This document shows positions 23,327 through 35,146 of a stretch of DNA of 64,000 nucleotides, piece by piece. The DNA is from an uncultured Nitrososphaeraceae archaeon. Its GTDB lineage: Archaea; Thermoproteota; Nitrososphaeria; Nitrososphaerales; Nitrososphaeraceae. The stretch lies in assembly GCA_963779615.1 (NCBI GenBank), contig CAVZZA010000003.1, positions 128,001-192,000 of the forward strand, given 5' to 3'. How positions within the stretch are numbered: position 1 is the first letter of the stretch; each line of letters starts with the position of its first letter. The position numbers were made by a program, and so were the translations under genes. The notes under the pieces are model-generated. The model saw only the letters and a list, made by a program, of their open reading frames with translations, had not been told where the DNA came from and searched no databases.

Positions 23327-23968
23327 GTGTGGGTACCTTGTTTGGAAACCGGATTAAACGCCACACAGAACCTTAAAAATGACCACATCACAATAAGAAG
23401 GGTTAAAGATATTGCTCAAAAATGCTCCAGACTGTTATATTCTAATAAGAACATACCGATAGAAGACATAGAAATTATATCTGTAGTAATAGAAGAATTT
23501 GTAGATCATTTTCATCACGGAAAGGAGGAGAAAGCATATTTTCCTGAAACAAAGGAAAAGGACGGTTTTGTGGAAGATATTCGTAAATTTTTGATTGAGC
23601 ATGAACTAGGGAGAAGAATAGCAGTAATGCTAAGAAGAGAAATAATGGAATTGAGAAGGAAGGTAAAAGAGGAAAACCATGGGACAAATAACGAAAATGA
23701 AAAGGAAAAGGAGAATACGTTAATTTATGAACCAGTAGCCAGGTTTTTGAAGGCCTATGCCGTTTTTATAGACGATCACACAGGAAAAGAAGACAAATTC
23801 TTTGATTTAATAGATAAAAACAATAAACTGTCAGACAAGGAGGATGAATTATTGCTGAAGCATTACGAATTATGCAAAATCCAAGTTGGGGGTGAAGCAA
23901 GAATGCAAGAGATGATTAGGCTGATCGAATATTTGGAGGAAAGAGAATGGATGAGCCAAAACCAATAA
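23327..23968 (+). CDS. Hemerythrin/HHE cation-binding domain protein
   Basis: Ligand motifs NDH, HHGKEE, IEHELGR, DHTGKED; TATA TTTATATA at ~23302. Confidence 0.9.
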   Translation: MWVPCLETGLNATQNLKNDHITIRRVKDIAQKCSRLLYSNKNIPIEDIEIISVVIEEFVDHFHHGKEEKAYFPETKEKDGFVEDIRKFLIEHELGRRIAVMLRREIMELRRKVKEENHGTNNENEKEKENTLIYEPVARFLKAYAVFIDDHTGKEDKFFDLIDKNNKLSDKEDELLLKHYELCKIQVGGEARMQEMIRLIEYLEEREWMSQNQ

Positions 23969-25671
23969 ATTTTAATGCCGAAAAGACCCTAACAGATTTG
24001 AGCTCACCGGAAGAAATTGGAAAAAGCATAGCATCAAAAAGATTCCTTAATAACATGGATGGCTTTTGGTTTGCCGTCAAGCCCAATACAATCGTAAATT
24101 CTTTTGATTTTGTTACAGTCGATAATTTACAAAACAGTAAAACCATCGGAATTGTAAAGGAGATGCAAGCAGTTGAAGAAGATTTTTATACAGAATATGT
24201 TTCGGACCGCCAAAAGAACCTGAAAAAACAGGAACAACCATGTAATGAGCCCTCAAAAGGATTAATATTGGCAAAAGTGGGCATAATCGCAAATACCGGG
24301 GCAACAGTGGAAGGTCGTAAGGAGGCCATTTCTATAAACTTTCCAGTAGGCATAGGCAAACCCGTTAGATTTGCCACAGAAGATGAGATTATTTTTGCGC
24401 TAGGAATTCCAGAAATGGTAGATCCAATTCCTGCAGGGATTATAGAAACAACAAATGGCTTACAGGTTCCCATTTCATTAGCATTAACTTATTTGGCTGG
24501 TCCCGATACAGCACACGTAAATGCTTCAGGGATCTCGGGAAATAGGAAAAGCAATTACATTTTGTTTCTATTGCAATCGGCTTATCAAACACTTTTTGAA
24601 AAGAAGAAGGAGAACATAGCACTGATCATTTTCAACACCAAGGAACAGAATCTGCTACACATAGATAAAAAACCAACGGATGTCAAAGAGAGAACTGAAA
24701 ATTTATTCAATATTCTTGATTTGGAATTAGAGCCTTTTGAGAATGTGTCTTATTTTTTACCAAGGGGCAAAGATGGCAAGCCCAATTCAATGCACATACC
24801 AAAAAATTTCAAAACATACTCCTATGAGTTGCAGGATATTTACGATAGGCTTGAATTGCTATTTTATGAAGCATATGACACCCGTTTTAACCTCTCATCA
24901 ATCATAGATTACATCTATGAATCCTGGCCACTAAGGGAAAACACTGGAAAGGAGATAAGAACATGGACTGACTTGTATGAATTTAGTGGATATCCCGAAT
25001 CGATAGTTTCACACAAATCCTCCCTGTTGCACTTTTTAGGTCAACTACAAAGAATGAGGAGGTCCCCAATGTTCATTGACAAAAAAGTAACCAGCACTTA
25101 CCTTGGCGAGGAAATAAGGAAAATTAAATCAGGCCAGGTCTTTGTGATAGACGTGGCAACAATATCTTCTGTGGAGGAACAAGCATTTGTTGTTGGGGAT
25201 GTGATGAAAAGTATAGATGAGATGTATTCTTCAAGTCCGTTTGACTATCCCAATGACAATGCAAATGGCGATTCAGATGACAAGCTCAAAAACAAAGAAA
25301 CACCATCATACATTTTTGTGTTTATTGACGAGGTTAACAGATACATACCCAAATCCCCTTTTGGAAAAAGTGCAGTTTCAGAACAGATCATGAGAACCAT
25401 AATTGCGGGAAGATCCAGAGGAACAATTTTATTTTCTGCACAGCAGTTCAAAAGCGCTACCGACTACAAGCTACAAGAAAATACTGGATTACACATAACA
25501 GGGAAATTAGGAATATCTGAGTTATCCACAGAACCATATTCAAATCTGGATGAAAGCACAAAAAATAATATCGTCAGGCTGAATAAGGGGGAATTAGTCA
25601 TGATTCATTCAGCGTTTAGGCATCCAATAAAGATTGGCTTTCCCAAAGCTGCATTTAAGAGTCCAGTGTAA
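23947..25671 (+). CDS. HerA/FtsK-like P-loop ATPase
   Basis: HAS-barrel-like N-terminus, HVNASGISGNRKS (Walker A variant), IIFNTKE, FIDEVNRY (Walker B), AGRSRG and SAQQF. Confidence 0.85.
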   Translation: MDEPKPINFNAEKTLTDLSSPEEIGKSIASKRFLNNMDGFWFAVKPNTIVNSFDFVTVDNLQNSKTIGIVKEMQAVEEDFYTEYVSDRQKNLKKQEQPCNEPSKGLILAKVGIIANTGATVEGRKEAISINFPVGIGKPVRFATEDEIIFALGIPEMVDPIPAGIIETTNGLQVPISLALTYLAGPDTAHVNASGISGNRKSNYILFLLQSAYQTLFEKKKENIALIIFNTKEQNLLHIDKKPTDVKERTENLFNILDLELEPFENVSYFLPRGKDGKPNSMHIPKNFKTYSYELQDIYDRLELLFYEAYDTRFNLSSIIDYIYESWPLRENTGKEIRTWTDLYEFSGYPESIVSHKSSLLHFLGQLQRMRRSPMFIDKKVTSTYLGEEIRKIKSGQVFVIDVATISSVEEQAFVVGDVMKSIDEMYSSSPFDYPNDNANGDSDDKLKNKETPSYIFVFIDEVNRYIPKSPFGKSAVSEQIMRTIIAGRSRGTILFSAQQFKSATDYKLQENTGLHITGKLGISELSTEPYSNLDESTKNNIVRLNKGELVMIHSAFRHPIKIGFPKAAFKSPV

Positions 25672-25972
25672 AGTGGTTGTTGAAAAACTGGAGACAATAT
25701 TGAAGTCTACAGCATGCAATTTTAATAACATGTCAATTTTTAAAAACAAAAACCTTGTGTTGAATCACCTTTTATGAAAATTGAAATGCTGGTATGCGGG
25801 GAACCCAACCCTATAAAAAACCGTTTTTTTGTGCAAATTTACGGCATTGCTTTTGACAGGAGTTGAAGGCGCCATTTCTCCCTGCCAATGCATTTTGCGA
25901 GAATATCCATACAAAAGCATCTGTGGATTGTTGAAATGCAGGTTTTGCATTTGCTTTTTTTAATATAACCGC

Positions 25973-26195
25973 ATGTTTAGCAGAAAAAATAGATTGGAAG
26001 ACAGTATAGAAAGAGGCCAAACAATACATCAAAGCAATCCATATCATCGCACTTGAAAGAGATGCAATTGATGATGAAACAAATAGATCTGATGTTGAAA
26101 TAGCAGAAATATTTCAGAAACCAATACTTTTAAAGAAACCTAGATTGTGTGTAGATAAACACATCAAAACAGACGGCATTAAAAAAGAAAAATAG
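25973..26195 (+). pseudogene. Possible response-regulator receiver domain remnant
   Basis: One frame reads EAKQYIKAIHIIALERDAIDDE...AEIFQKPILLKK, resembling the C-terminal half of a REC domain (QKP motif); it sits upstream of the MEDS gene. Confidence 0.35.
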
Positions 26196-26299
26196 GTCAA
26201 AAGAATGTAAGCGATATTTGCAGATAAATCCCTTTTAGGGCAATAATGACGGATGGATGGATGGTATTAAGGTTTGTTTACCATATGATTCTGTAGTAG

Positions 26300-26905
26300 G
26301 TGTTTGCTATTAGTTCCAGTCGATTAATCAAAAACGTTCATGCCGAGGATGCCGCAAGTAAATTATCAAAAGAAGAGTATGGCATCCATTGTATGATTAT
26401 ATATCCGGATTTGACAACTTTAAGAGAATTCTACTCAAATTACATAAAGAAGCAAATCGAAGAGAATAATGAAATAGTTCTTTTCACGCCTTTCTATGAA
26501 ACAACGGATTCTGTTAGGCAAATTCTTTCTGAAGGCCATTCCGCAATAGAGAACGTACCAAAATATGAAAAAGAAAATTTCCTGATAATTATTGATGCAT
26601 TGATAAAATACTTTACTCAAAAAGACGAAGGAGATGAAACAGACTGGTCTTTTAAAGAAAGAATGGTTAAGCATGCCAAGATAAAAGGGAAGAGAGGATT
26701 TTCCATTTTGGGGGATATGGGTGCCTTTAACTATAAGGGAAAAATCAAGGAGCTTGTTGATTATGAATTATCTTTGCCTACAAAATACGATATTGACCTG
26801 AGAGGATTTTGTTTGTATCACCAAAAGGACCTTGACAGATTTGTAGAAGGGCAACAACAAAAGTTGGTTGAGCATCATGGCATGGTTATGAAAATAGAAA
26901 CATAA
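26300..26905 (+). CDS. MEDS-domain protein (stand-alone)
   Basis: GIHCMIIYPD, ILGDMGAF, LVDYELSLP, GFCLYHQKD, LVEHH. Confidence 0.8.
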   Translation: MFAISSSRLIKNVHAEDAASKLSKEEYGIHCMIIYPDLTTLREFYSNYIKKQIEENNEIVLFTPFYETTDSVRQILSEGHSAIENVPKYEKENFLIIIDALIKYFTQKDEGDETDWSFKERMVKHAKIKGKRGFSILGDMGAFNYKGKIKELVDYELSLPTKYDIDLRGFCLYHQKDLDRFVEGQQQKLVEHHGMVMKIET

Positions 26906-27882
26906 CAAACCAATAATTCAGCATGCCACAGACCATCAATTATTCTAATAAATTAAAAAAGTTCTTGTGGGCTTGCATGCTGATTGGATATAATATAGCA
27001 GTTAAAAAAAATCAAAAGTCGCAAATGAGAGGTCAAGATCACGCATCTCTTCTTTGTGGTGGAGACAAACATTAAAAAATATTTCTATTGTAACGCCCCA
27101 AAGTCTCCATATTTATATCAGTAATTTGGTGAGACGCATCATATCATTTTTAAATTAAAAATAGGCGTTATTTTCAACATTTGCAGCGGCCGTTATGAAT
27201 CATGATTAAATGTAAGTTCATTAACAAATAAGCATTCGGCAACCAATGTAATCTGAAAAAAATGTTGGAGTTGGTTGAATCTTTTCAATCGCTCTCATAA
27301 CGAAGATTGGAAAAATGCTTAGGGAACTAAACGCTATTTTTGATATTTAAATTTGACCAAAATAGTATCTGGTATTTTACCTATGTAAGAAGATGATGAC
27401 CCTCTTAAGGCAAAAATATTTTTATCTTCTTGTTCTATTGTTAGAGAAGGATCTATGAGAAGCAGTACAGTATCCACAAAAATCTATTATACCGGCTTTT
27501 CCATGACACATACATTCGCATTTATTTCCTAATGAAAATCTTTGTCTCATAGGTCATGTGCTTCCTCATGCCTTATAATGTTATGTAACGATTGGACTTT
27601 AGTTTGATAACAACACAACAAGTCGGTCACCATCACAACCTCATATACAAAAAGAGACGCAAAAACAAAATCGAAATAAGACAACATATGGAGATCATTG
27701 AGCTGCTTACAAGAAATTAACAACCATCTATACCCGATACTTATCATTATCAAGAAATGAGCAGTTTCTTGACCATTTTTTACTATGCAAGACATTAAGA
27801 ATGTACCAAACAACTACAAGTTAAATGGGATGTGGTGATTGTTCAACAGGCTATAGCAGCAATCTTAAATCTGTGAAAATGG

Positions 27883-28665
27883 TCACAAATATCCAATCAC
27901 AAAGAGGCCCATTGCAACACCCATTGTAATTCCCCATACCAACTTATTCCAATCAAGTATCTTTTGTCCATCTAAAACCCCAAACGGTATTAAGTTAAAC
28001 AATGCAATCCACCCATTAAATGATGCACCTATTGCAAAGTAGGGACTAGAACTATAAAATAAAGACAGTAGAAGGAATGAAAACCCCATCACCAAATTTG
28101 TGAGTGGGCCTATCAATGCGACCCTGCCAAACTTATTCCTATCACTCAGACCAACCATTACGGCGCCTGGTGCTATAAACTTGAAAGGCATTATTGGAAG
28201 GGCAGATATTGCCGTTATAAGAAGGCCAGACATTTGCGCTCTAAATTCCGCCCAACTCCCATAATATTGAGCCAAAAATTTGTGTGCTAGTTCATGAACA
28301 AGAAACGCACTGATGAATATGGCAAGAAACTGCCAGGAAAAATGCCTATAACCGTTTAATGAAAGTCCAACAGCGGTTACTAAAATTGTGGCTATAGTTA
28401 AATGCAACAATTCTGTCTTTGAAGTTTTAATACGCATAGTGCTTGACAATATTTGTGACAGTGATATGCGGGGTCTATAATTTTGGTTATTGTGGAGCAT
28501 ATCCTGTCTTTTCTTCTTATATGAATTTACAAATGGACAGGAATGATTAATCGGATTTCTATGGTTACTACAGAAATATTCTTTACAATAATTGCATCTG
28601 AAAGGAATGTTTTCTGCCGTTCCGCACACAAAACACCCAATTACGTTTTTTTTCTCTTCAGTCAT
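27883..28665 (-). CDS. AN1-type zinc finger fused to M50 (site-2) membrane metalloprotease
   Basis: CFVC...PFRCNYCKEYFCSNHRNPINHSC; HELAH; GPLTN; FNLIPFGVLDG. Confidence 0.9.
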   Translation of the reverse strand: MTEEKKNVIGCFVCGTAENIPFRCNYCKEYFCSNHRNPINHSCPFVNSYKKKRQDMLHNNQNYRPRISLSQILSSTMRIKTSKTELLHLTIATILVTAVGLSLNGYRHFSWQFLAIFISAFLVHELAHKFLAQYYGSWAEFRAQMSGLLITAISALPIMPFKFIAPGAVMVGLSDRNKFGRVALIGPLTNLVMGFSFLLLSLFYSSSPYFAIGASFNGWIALFNLIPFGVLDGQKILDWNKLVWGITMGVAMGLFVIGYL

Positions 28666-29378
28666 ACTAGAATAGAAAAACCTTTTTTTTGCTTAGATGT
28701 GTTTCAGCATAGGAATTTTCAAAAAGGCTATCGTTAGGTCTTCTTCCATGTTTATGTAAAACATAAAAATTCAAAGCGCTGTAGATTTCTTTTTGCATAC
28801 AGATAACATTATTATTTGAAGGATCCACATATATATCAAATTCTTTTAATAGATATACATTATTTATTATTTAATTTGTATCACTGATTTTGTATAGTGA
28901 CCAATGTTACAGTAATGACCGTAAATAACAATCCCCAAAGAGCAACAAATGTTATGACTTTTGTTGGGTTTACCGAAGTTTGCCTTGAGTTTTTGATCCA
29001 TTCTTCCTGGCATACATTGGAGAATGAAATGCGGGCGTGTTATCGCGGATCATTAAGCTATGTTTCACATTCTTGCCCGAATGCACATTGGACCTTGCAA
29101 GCATGATAACAAGTAAAAGTTTCGTTCTTTAAGTCCACCACAACATCTTTCAGAACTTTCATTCGTGGATGTATTATTAACAGTGTCGGACATCGTTCGA
29201 ATCTTTATCCTGGCTGTTTAGTTCATTTGACAAAAAAACCTTTTCGAATTGGTATTTCCCCGTTTTTAATTTACAGCGTCAACTATCATTTACTACAGAC
29301 TATCTTTTTTTGGCATACAATTTAGTCATAGTAATCATTTTCAAAGAGAGAGAGATTATCCTCGGTATACTTTAAAAA

Positions 29379-29588
29379 TCAAAAAGACTCCCTGATTTTT
29401 TTAGTTATTCCCAACCCATAAACTATTAATTCATCGCTGCCGGTAACTTTTATTAGTTCATCAATAGCGTCAATGCCTTTATTACCATATGCCGTTAATG
29501 AGTCCAGGATTTTTATTCTTGCCTCTCTCTCCGTATTAGTCATATATTGATGCATGAGGTCTTTGATTTGTTTTTCCCCCTTTGACAA
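29379..29588 (-). CDS. Small helical (HEAT-like) hypothetical protein
   Basis: 69-aa ORF with ARIKILDSLTAYGNKGIDAIDELI. Confidence 0.5.
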   Translation of the reverse strand: MSKGEKQIKDLMHQYMTNTEREARIKILDSLTAYGNKGIDAIDELIKVTGSDELIVYGLGITKKIRESF

Positions 29589-29907
29589 TTTTCCGTATCT
29601 CTTGTTTACCTTGCATTATGTGATTATTAACTATCATCTATGATATTTATGATATTTTTTGGCCATATGATTTGTCCTTAAATATTTATGCACGCTATTA
29701 CATGGTATGCTAAAGAATCATGATTAAAATAAAGGGCACATTTTTTGACGAATGTGTTTTTCTTCCATCTACGCGGCATTAAATACTGTGCCACAAACAC
29801 CACAGGTTGAGAAAAACTATTTCTTCATTTCGTCATAGTTTAGTTTAAAAGACTAGTGCTTGTTTTTGTCTCGCACAGCTCATGATGTATTGGTTTCTTT
29901 TTGCATT

Positions 29908-31764
29908 TTATCCATCATGAAATATTGAATGCGCCCCTCCTGGGAATACATTGTGATTTAGGTCCTCCAAAACTACTACAATTGTGTATACACCTGATTT
30001 TTTTTCTTTTATCAAAGGCATGATATCGAATTCCAAGGATATAGCCTGTTTGTTCTCAGAAAAAGAATATGATTCTTTCAGAGGGCTTATCATAACAACA
30101 TTTGACAACGATGCAACAGTGGAGTTTTTTTCAAGGCTACTGTTACCAATACCTGTAGCAAATCCAACATTAGTTGCAGCTTTTACTGTTGCAACAAGGT
30201 TGCCGGGTTGGTATTTGTCTGGATCTTTATATTGCTCATAAAAAGAAGTGGTGGGCAGATTATCATAATATATTTCGACGCCATAAAACCTAGTATTGTT
30301 TAATAACGTACCGGCTAATTTCACATGTTTATCACCATTTTTCATATCTACAGGGTTAGAGAAATTTATGTAATTATTTTCAAAGTTTTGGACTAGTGCA
30401 AAAGAGTAATCATCATATGCGATTCCTAGGCTAACATGGGTAGTGTAGCTATCAAGTATGTTGTACCTATGATGCCATTTTGCATGAGCATCATTGTACA
30501 CCATAATATCTTCAAGCAAATCCATGGTTTTTAATGGATTGATTTTTTTACAATCTATTTCTCCGCCAATGCATTTGCCATAAAGGTAAGGATCACCAAT
30601 AAAAGCTATGTTCTGTCTTAACTTTCCATACCCGCCTAACTCAGAATAGAGCATATACGGTTTTTCGCCTTTTGTTGTCAGGTGTGACATGTACTTTGTT
30701 GACAGAATATTTTCAGCTTGGTATTGCGCTGCGTTGTTAAGGCTTAAATTAACAGGATGTTTGCCAAAATCTTGCCTGTCTTCGTTTATTCTGGATAATG
30801 CATAGTTCTTTAGTGAATCTACAGAGGGACTTGAGGAGTTGTTGTAGATAAAACTATTACCAGTGTTGTTTGTTACCGTCAAATGGGAAAAATCAGAAGG
30901 ATTGTTGATATGGAGTCCTTTTGTTTCCACTTTGGGCCCATCGATGATTTTATCCTCATTTTCCTTTTTTGTTTTTATCTCAAATGAATTTATCATGGCA
31001 TTTATAACTGGCAAATACTTGGAATATTCGTTTAATTCAGATGTATACCTTAAACCATATACTTTGTTATTGTAAAGAGTAAACACATCTAAAACAGACT
31101 GTTGTGTTTGTGTATCCCCTGTTGCATATCGTATTTTGATTGCACTTTTATTATCAATTCCAAGCATGGTTTTTGTAATGGGCTCCGCAATTGTGAAATT
31201 AGAATATTTCAGTATGTGTAGAAAATAAATCGCATATAAATCCAATAAAGACAAATGAGAAGCGTTGGACAACTTTTCAATTTCAGGTGGCAAGTCTTTG
31301 GCATAAATTCTCAAGTTAGCTAAATAGGTATCGTTGTCATTTTTCAATGGCGAATAAAATGAAATAAAACTCCCATCGTCTAATTGTAAATACTTTTGTT
31401 GTTCTCCAAACCTAACAATACTCCCATTTTCTTCTGAAAAGGTCCAGTTACCCGGATATTGAACTTTGATACCATAATTTAAATTTTGGTAGGACTGCAA
31501 AATGGTTTTATTTTTATTTTTATTTTTGAACCCTTCCTCTTCGGTTGAGGTGAACATATGTTGTAGAGCATTATTACCCGTTTCATTGTAATATTCTATA
31601 TAAGATGTAGCGAATAATTGTTGGAGAACATCATAAGGTTGTTGTAGTGAATACGGTAGCGTAAACGATAGCGTAACTATAGAAATGCTTACAATACCGA
31701 TAAAACATATCGGTTTTGTAATTTGCAAAGCTAGTAGATATTCCCCATGGTTAAATAGAATCAA
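29908..31764 (-). CDS. Secreted/anchored PsbP-like plus CAP (SCP) domain protein
   Basis: YQNLNYGIKVQYPGNW...YLPVINAMINSFEI (PsbP-like); YALSRINEDR, MSH, HRYNILD, VSLGIAY (CAP). Confidence 0.8.
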   Translation of the reverse strand: MILFNHGEYLLALQITKPICFIGIVSISIVTLSFTLPYSLQQPYDVLQQLFATSYIEYYNETGNNALQHMFTSTEEEGFKNKNKNKTILQSYQNLNYGIKVQYPGNWTFSEENGSIVRFGEQQKYLQLDDGSFISFYSPLKNDNDTYLANLRIYAKDLPPEIEKLSNASHLSLLDLYAIYFLHILKYSNFTIAEPITKTMLGIDNKSAIKIRYATGDTQTQQSVLDVFTLYNNKVYGLRYTSELNEYSKYLPVINAMINSFEIKTKKENEDKIIDGPKVETKGLHINNPSDFSHLTVTNNTGNSFIYNNSSSPSVDSLKNYALSRINEDRQDFGKHPVNLSLNNAAQYQAENILSTKYMSHLTTKGEKPYMLYSELGGYGKLRQNIAFIGDPYLYGKCIGGEIDCKKINPLKTMDLLEDIMVYNDAHAKWHHRYNILDSYTTHVSLGIAYDDYSFALVQNFENNYINFSNPVDMKNGDKHVKLAGTLLNNTRFYGVEIYYDNLPTTSFYEQYKDPDKYQPGNLVATVKAATNVGFATGIGNSSLEKNSTVASLSNVVMISPLKESYSFSENKQAISLEFDIMPLIKEKKSGVYTIVVVLEDLNHNVFPGGAHSIFHDG

Positions 31765-32642
31765 ATAGTTTTTGATTGATAGAACCCTATTTATCCATTA
31801 ACGAGCCATTTGATTTTTTCCCAGGCTAAAGTCAATAGATTGGCTATTGAGGCATATGGCATTTTTTGATAGGTGTTTCCATCCTTTTTTTTGATTGATT
31901 TCCTTTGTAACCCACAGGTAGATTTGATTGAACTCAACAAATTTTATATCGGTTTTAAGGTAAATTAAAACCATTCAATGCTTGTTAGGGTCATTCCAAT
32001 CATGCAGGATAGCAGTTTTTATTTCAAAAGCACGGCATTTGTCCTGTAATTCCATAGCATTTTAATTAAAATAAATTGGAATAGGTCTAAACTCTGTCCT
32101 CATCCAAATCCCATGCCAAATGGAAACTGTTGGAGTCAAGTTAATCCAAATATCAAATACTGAAAATTTAACCGATAACAAGACGTAAATAATAATCTCC
32201 GGCAAAATTAGAAACCGTACTTCTATTCAGCATGGCTATGACTAATGTACATCTGAACAGATGGCAAATCTCTATGGTTTACCACCAGTCCCGTTATTTT
32301 ATCCATTCTCATTGTACTTTTCAAATTATTTTTAAGCATTCCACTCAATACCCTGTACTTTTTAATCGACAAATGACGATGCACTACTGGCAGACTCTTA
32401 CCCAGTATTCTTCACACATACTTTGAGATTTGAGAGCAAAAATGGATTTGTAAAGGGTCTAGAAACTTGTGAAAAACTATGTCAAAGTAGTTGCAATTCA
32501 GACTGCATTGCAAATTATTGTAACATGCGTAACATCAGAATTCCCAACATGCGTTTCACTTCACTCTAAAAAAGATCTTTTTCATTCTACTCAGATATAC
32601 CATGTGTAATCTCTTTTGTTCATTCTTAAAATACACAAGCAA

Positions 32643-33220
32643 ATGGGCCGCATAATTGCATCATTTAGGCAACTAATTGAAATTGAAAAACTTTATTGTT
32701 CCCCATACAAGAAATTGTTACCAGGTAAAAAGCATTTGGTGTGATATTTGAAAGCGCCAGATTGTATGCTTCATATTTGTCATGCCGTAAATCCAATTGT
32801 TTTTGAATCGGTAATAATGGCGACCCTTTTCCATAATTATAAAACTCTGTTAGAGATTAACAAAGAAGATGACAAAGCCAATGAAAATGTAGTCACAAAT
32901 GAGATAAAGGTATTGGCAGAAGACAAACCACAGGGAAGAATACTGTTTGATAGCATCTGCAAAAAGTGGAAGGGTCTCTAGTAGGGTTCTTACATAAAGG
33001 AGACAGAGAACTATTATTAAAAAAGATATCAGAAATATGTAATTATAATGAAAGCAGTTTTGATACGATAGCAAACAATAAAGAGTCAGAATCTCACATG
33101 ATGAATCTTTTCTTTTTATTAGTCATAATACAACAGCAGGGATTATTAAACAAAATAAACAAAAACTCGGATACAAAAAATAAAGCATCTGCACCATTAT
33201 TAGACTTTATGCCCAGGTAA
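32643..33220 (+). pseudogene. Multiply frameshifted hypothetical gene (MGRxIxSFR-type, two similar halves)
   Basis: Stitched frames: MGRIIASFRQLIEIEKL.../KAFGVIFESARLYASYLS/AVNPIVFESVIMATLFHNYKTL.../KWKG/LVGFLHKGDRELLLK. Confidence 0.5.
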
Positions 33221-33340
33221 ATTATATACCGAAATATAGACATAAGCCAAATCCATAGTTTGCAATAAAGCATTTTCAAGATAAAAAGCTCAAAGATATA
33301 TTATAATTGCTGAACAAACTACTACTATTCGTTAAAAGCC

Positions 33341-33931
33341 TTGGAACCAACTACAAGATTCCCAAAATGGATGTGGAGGATTGCTTCAAAATTTAACCCC
33401 AATAAAAAAAACCAAAAGGCGGCAATAAAAAAGAAATTGATTCCATATTTAGGCAAGCCAATATTTGAAGGTGAAATAAAAGACAAAAGGGATTTGTATG
33501 ACAGAAGAATGGATGAAATTACCTTTAGAGTTGCATATAAAGGCAGAATAAAACAGGGGTTATTGGCGACTGTAATTGTCCCTCCAACGGATTTTCCTCC
33601 TGACACCCCTCATTTAGATAAGGAAAGCGGCAATGTGACATCCTTTTGTGTTCAAACACTTAAAAAAATAGACAATTCAAAACACATCAACAATATACAA
33701 AAAGATATAGGGACTCTTGATGGCCATAACATAGAAATTAGCGGATTAGAGTGGAAGTGGAAAATTCCTGAACTTGCACCGCTAGGCGAGAATAAAGCAA
33801 TAATAGGCATGTGGGGAGTCTCAACTAATAATAATGAAAAAATTGAATTGATACAAGCTTTTGACGATTCATTTACTGTAGTTGATTCCAACCCTCCCCA
33901 TTTTCAACAACAAGAACCATTTTTTGACTGA
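33341..33931 (+). CDS. Hypothetical protein
   Basis: 196-aa open frame with plausible composition; no recognised motif. Confidence 0.55.
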   Translation: MEPTTRFPKWMWRIASKFNPNKKNQKAAIKKKLIPYLGKPIFEGEIKDKRDLYDRRMDEITFRVAYKGRIKQGLLATVIVPPTDFPPDTPHLDKESGNVTSFCVQTLKKIDNSKHINNIQKDIGTLDGHNIEISGLEWKWKIPELAPLGENKAIIGMWGVSTNNNEKIELIQAFDDSFTVVDSNPPHFQQQEPFFD

Positions 33932-34704
33932 TTCCTAATTTGTATTGTTCATGTTCTTTTTGACCGACCACAATGTTTACATCTACAATAATGCGTGTCA
34001 ACCATAAACTCATGTTTTCGTCATCAATCAACAGTTTAGGTCTTTATCTATCAATAATATCATTTAAAGTAATGATACCTGCATACTCATCAAGTTCCTT
34101 TGTTATAGGCACGTGTCAAAAAGTAATGACATCCCTATTTCAAGATATCAAGCAAGCAGCAAAAGAACTAACAAACAGATCAAAGGGATCACATCATTAC
34201 TTATCATAACAAAAAAGAAGAGATGGTTAAATTTTGAAACAAAAAAAGCTATTTTCTCAATTGCAGTGGCTGATTTAAAGTGGCTCTGAAGGATTGCCAC
34301 AAGAATTTTTGGGCATTCGTCAACTACTTCTCACTTGAATCAAATTCACCCATGTGAAGGCAACTACAAACCTCTGGCCTATAGGGTGCATATCCAAAAA
34401 CAAAGATCTGGTGAAGGCGATATTGAGCCCTAGCACCAACCAACATACCAATAGATGCACTATTGATTATGTGTTAAAGCAGGATCAGCATCTGTAAACT
34501 TTTATTTTTTATCATAATTGTATCCATTTACGTTTTCTAGGGAATCAATAGGCATATTAATACATCCTGGGCACAAATCCAACAAGTAACAATGCCTCAT
34601 CTGTCACCACCTAATCAATGAAGGAGATTGCATACTAATCTTTACTAATGTTGGTAAGAATATCTGTAAAGTTTAAACAACTACCTCGACATAGAGAATA
34701 TAAA

Positions 34705-35146
34705 TTGAAAGAAATTCGCACCGAGATTGATATCAACGCATCTCCCGAGAAGGCATGGAAGGTATTAACAGATTTTAATGGCTTTCCGCAGTGGAACCCT
34801 TTTATTCGCCAAATAAAAGGATCCCCTACGCTCGGAACAAAGCTCGAAATACATTTGCACACCTCAAGTGGAAAGAGCAGAACCTATCGACCAACAGTGA
34901 CAAAGGTCAAGCCACATCAAGAACTGCGTTGGTTTGGAAAATCAATTATACCGGGAATTTTCAATGGCGAACGTATTTTTACTCTGGAACCACTGAAAAC
35001 AAATCAAGTACCGCTTTGTACATATGGAGATCTTTACGGGATTAGGAGTAGCTATTGTAGGCGATCGTTTGGATAAAGACATGTATCAAAGTTTTGTGAA
35101 AATGAATGATGCCTTTAAAGAAAAGGTTGAGCAAGAGTCTAGTTAA
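34705..35146 (+). CDS. SRPBCC/polyketide-cyclase (START-like) protein, frameshift at ~35011
   Basis: EIRTEIDINASPEKAWKVLTDF...WNPFI...ELRWFG...FNGERIF; second frame RFVHMEIFTG...FVKMNDAFKEKVEQ. Confidence 0.85.

Noticed and set aside
25765-26047. Minus-strand ORFs after the HerA-like gene as a possible NurA or effector partner
   Set aside because: They are short, on the opposite strand and have no nuclease motif.
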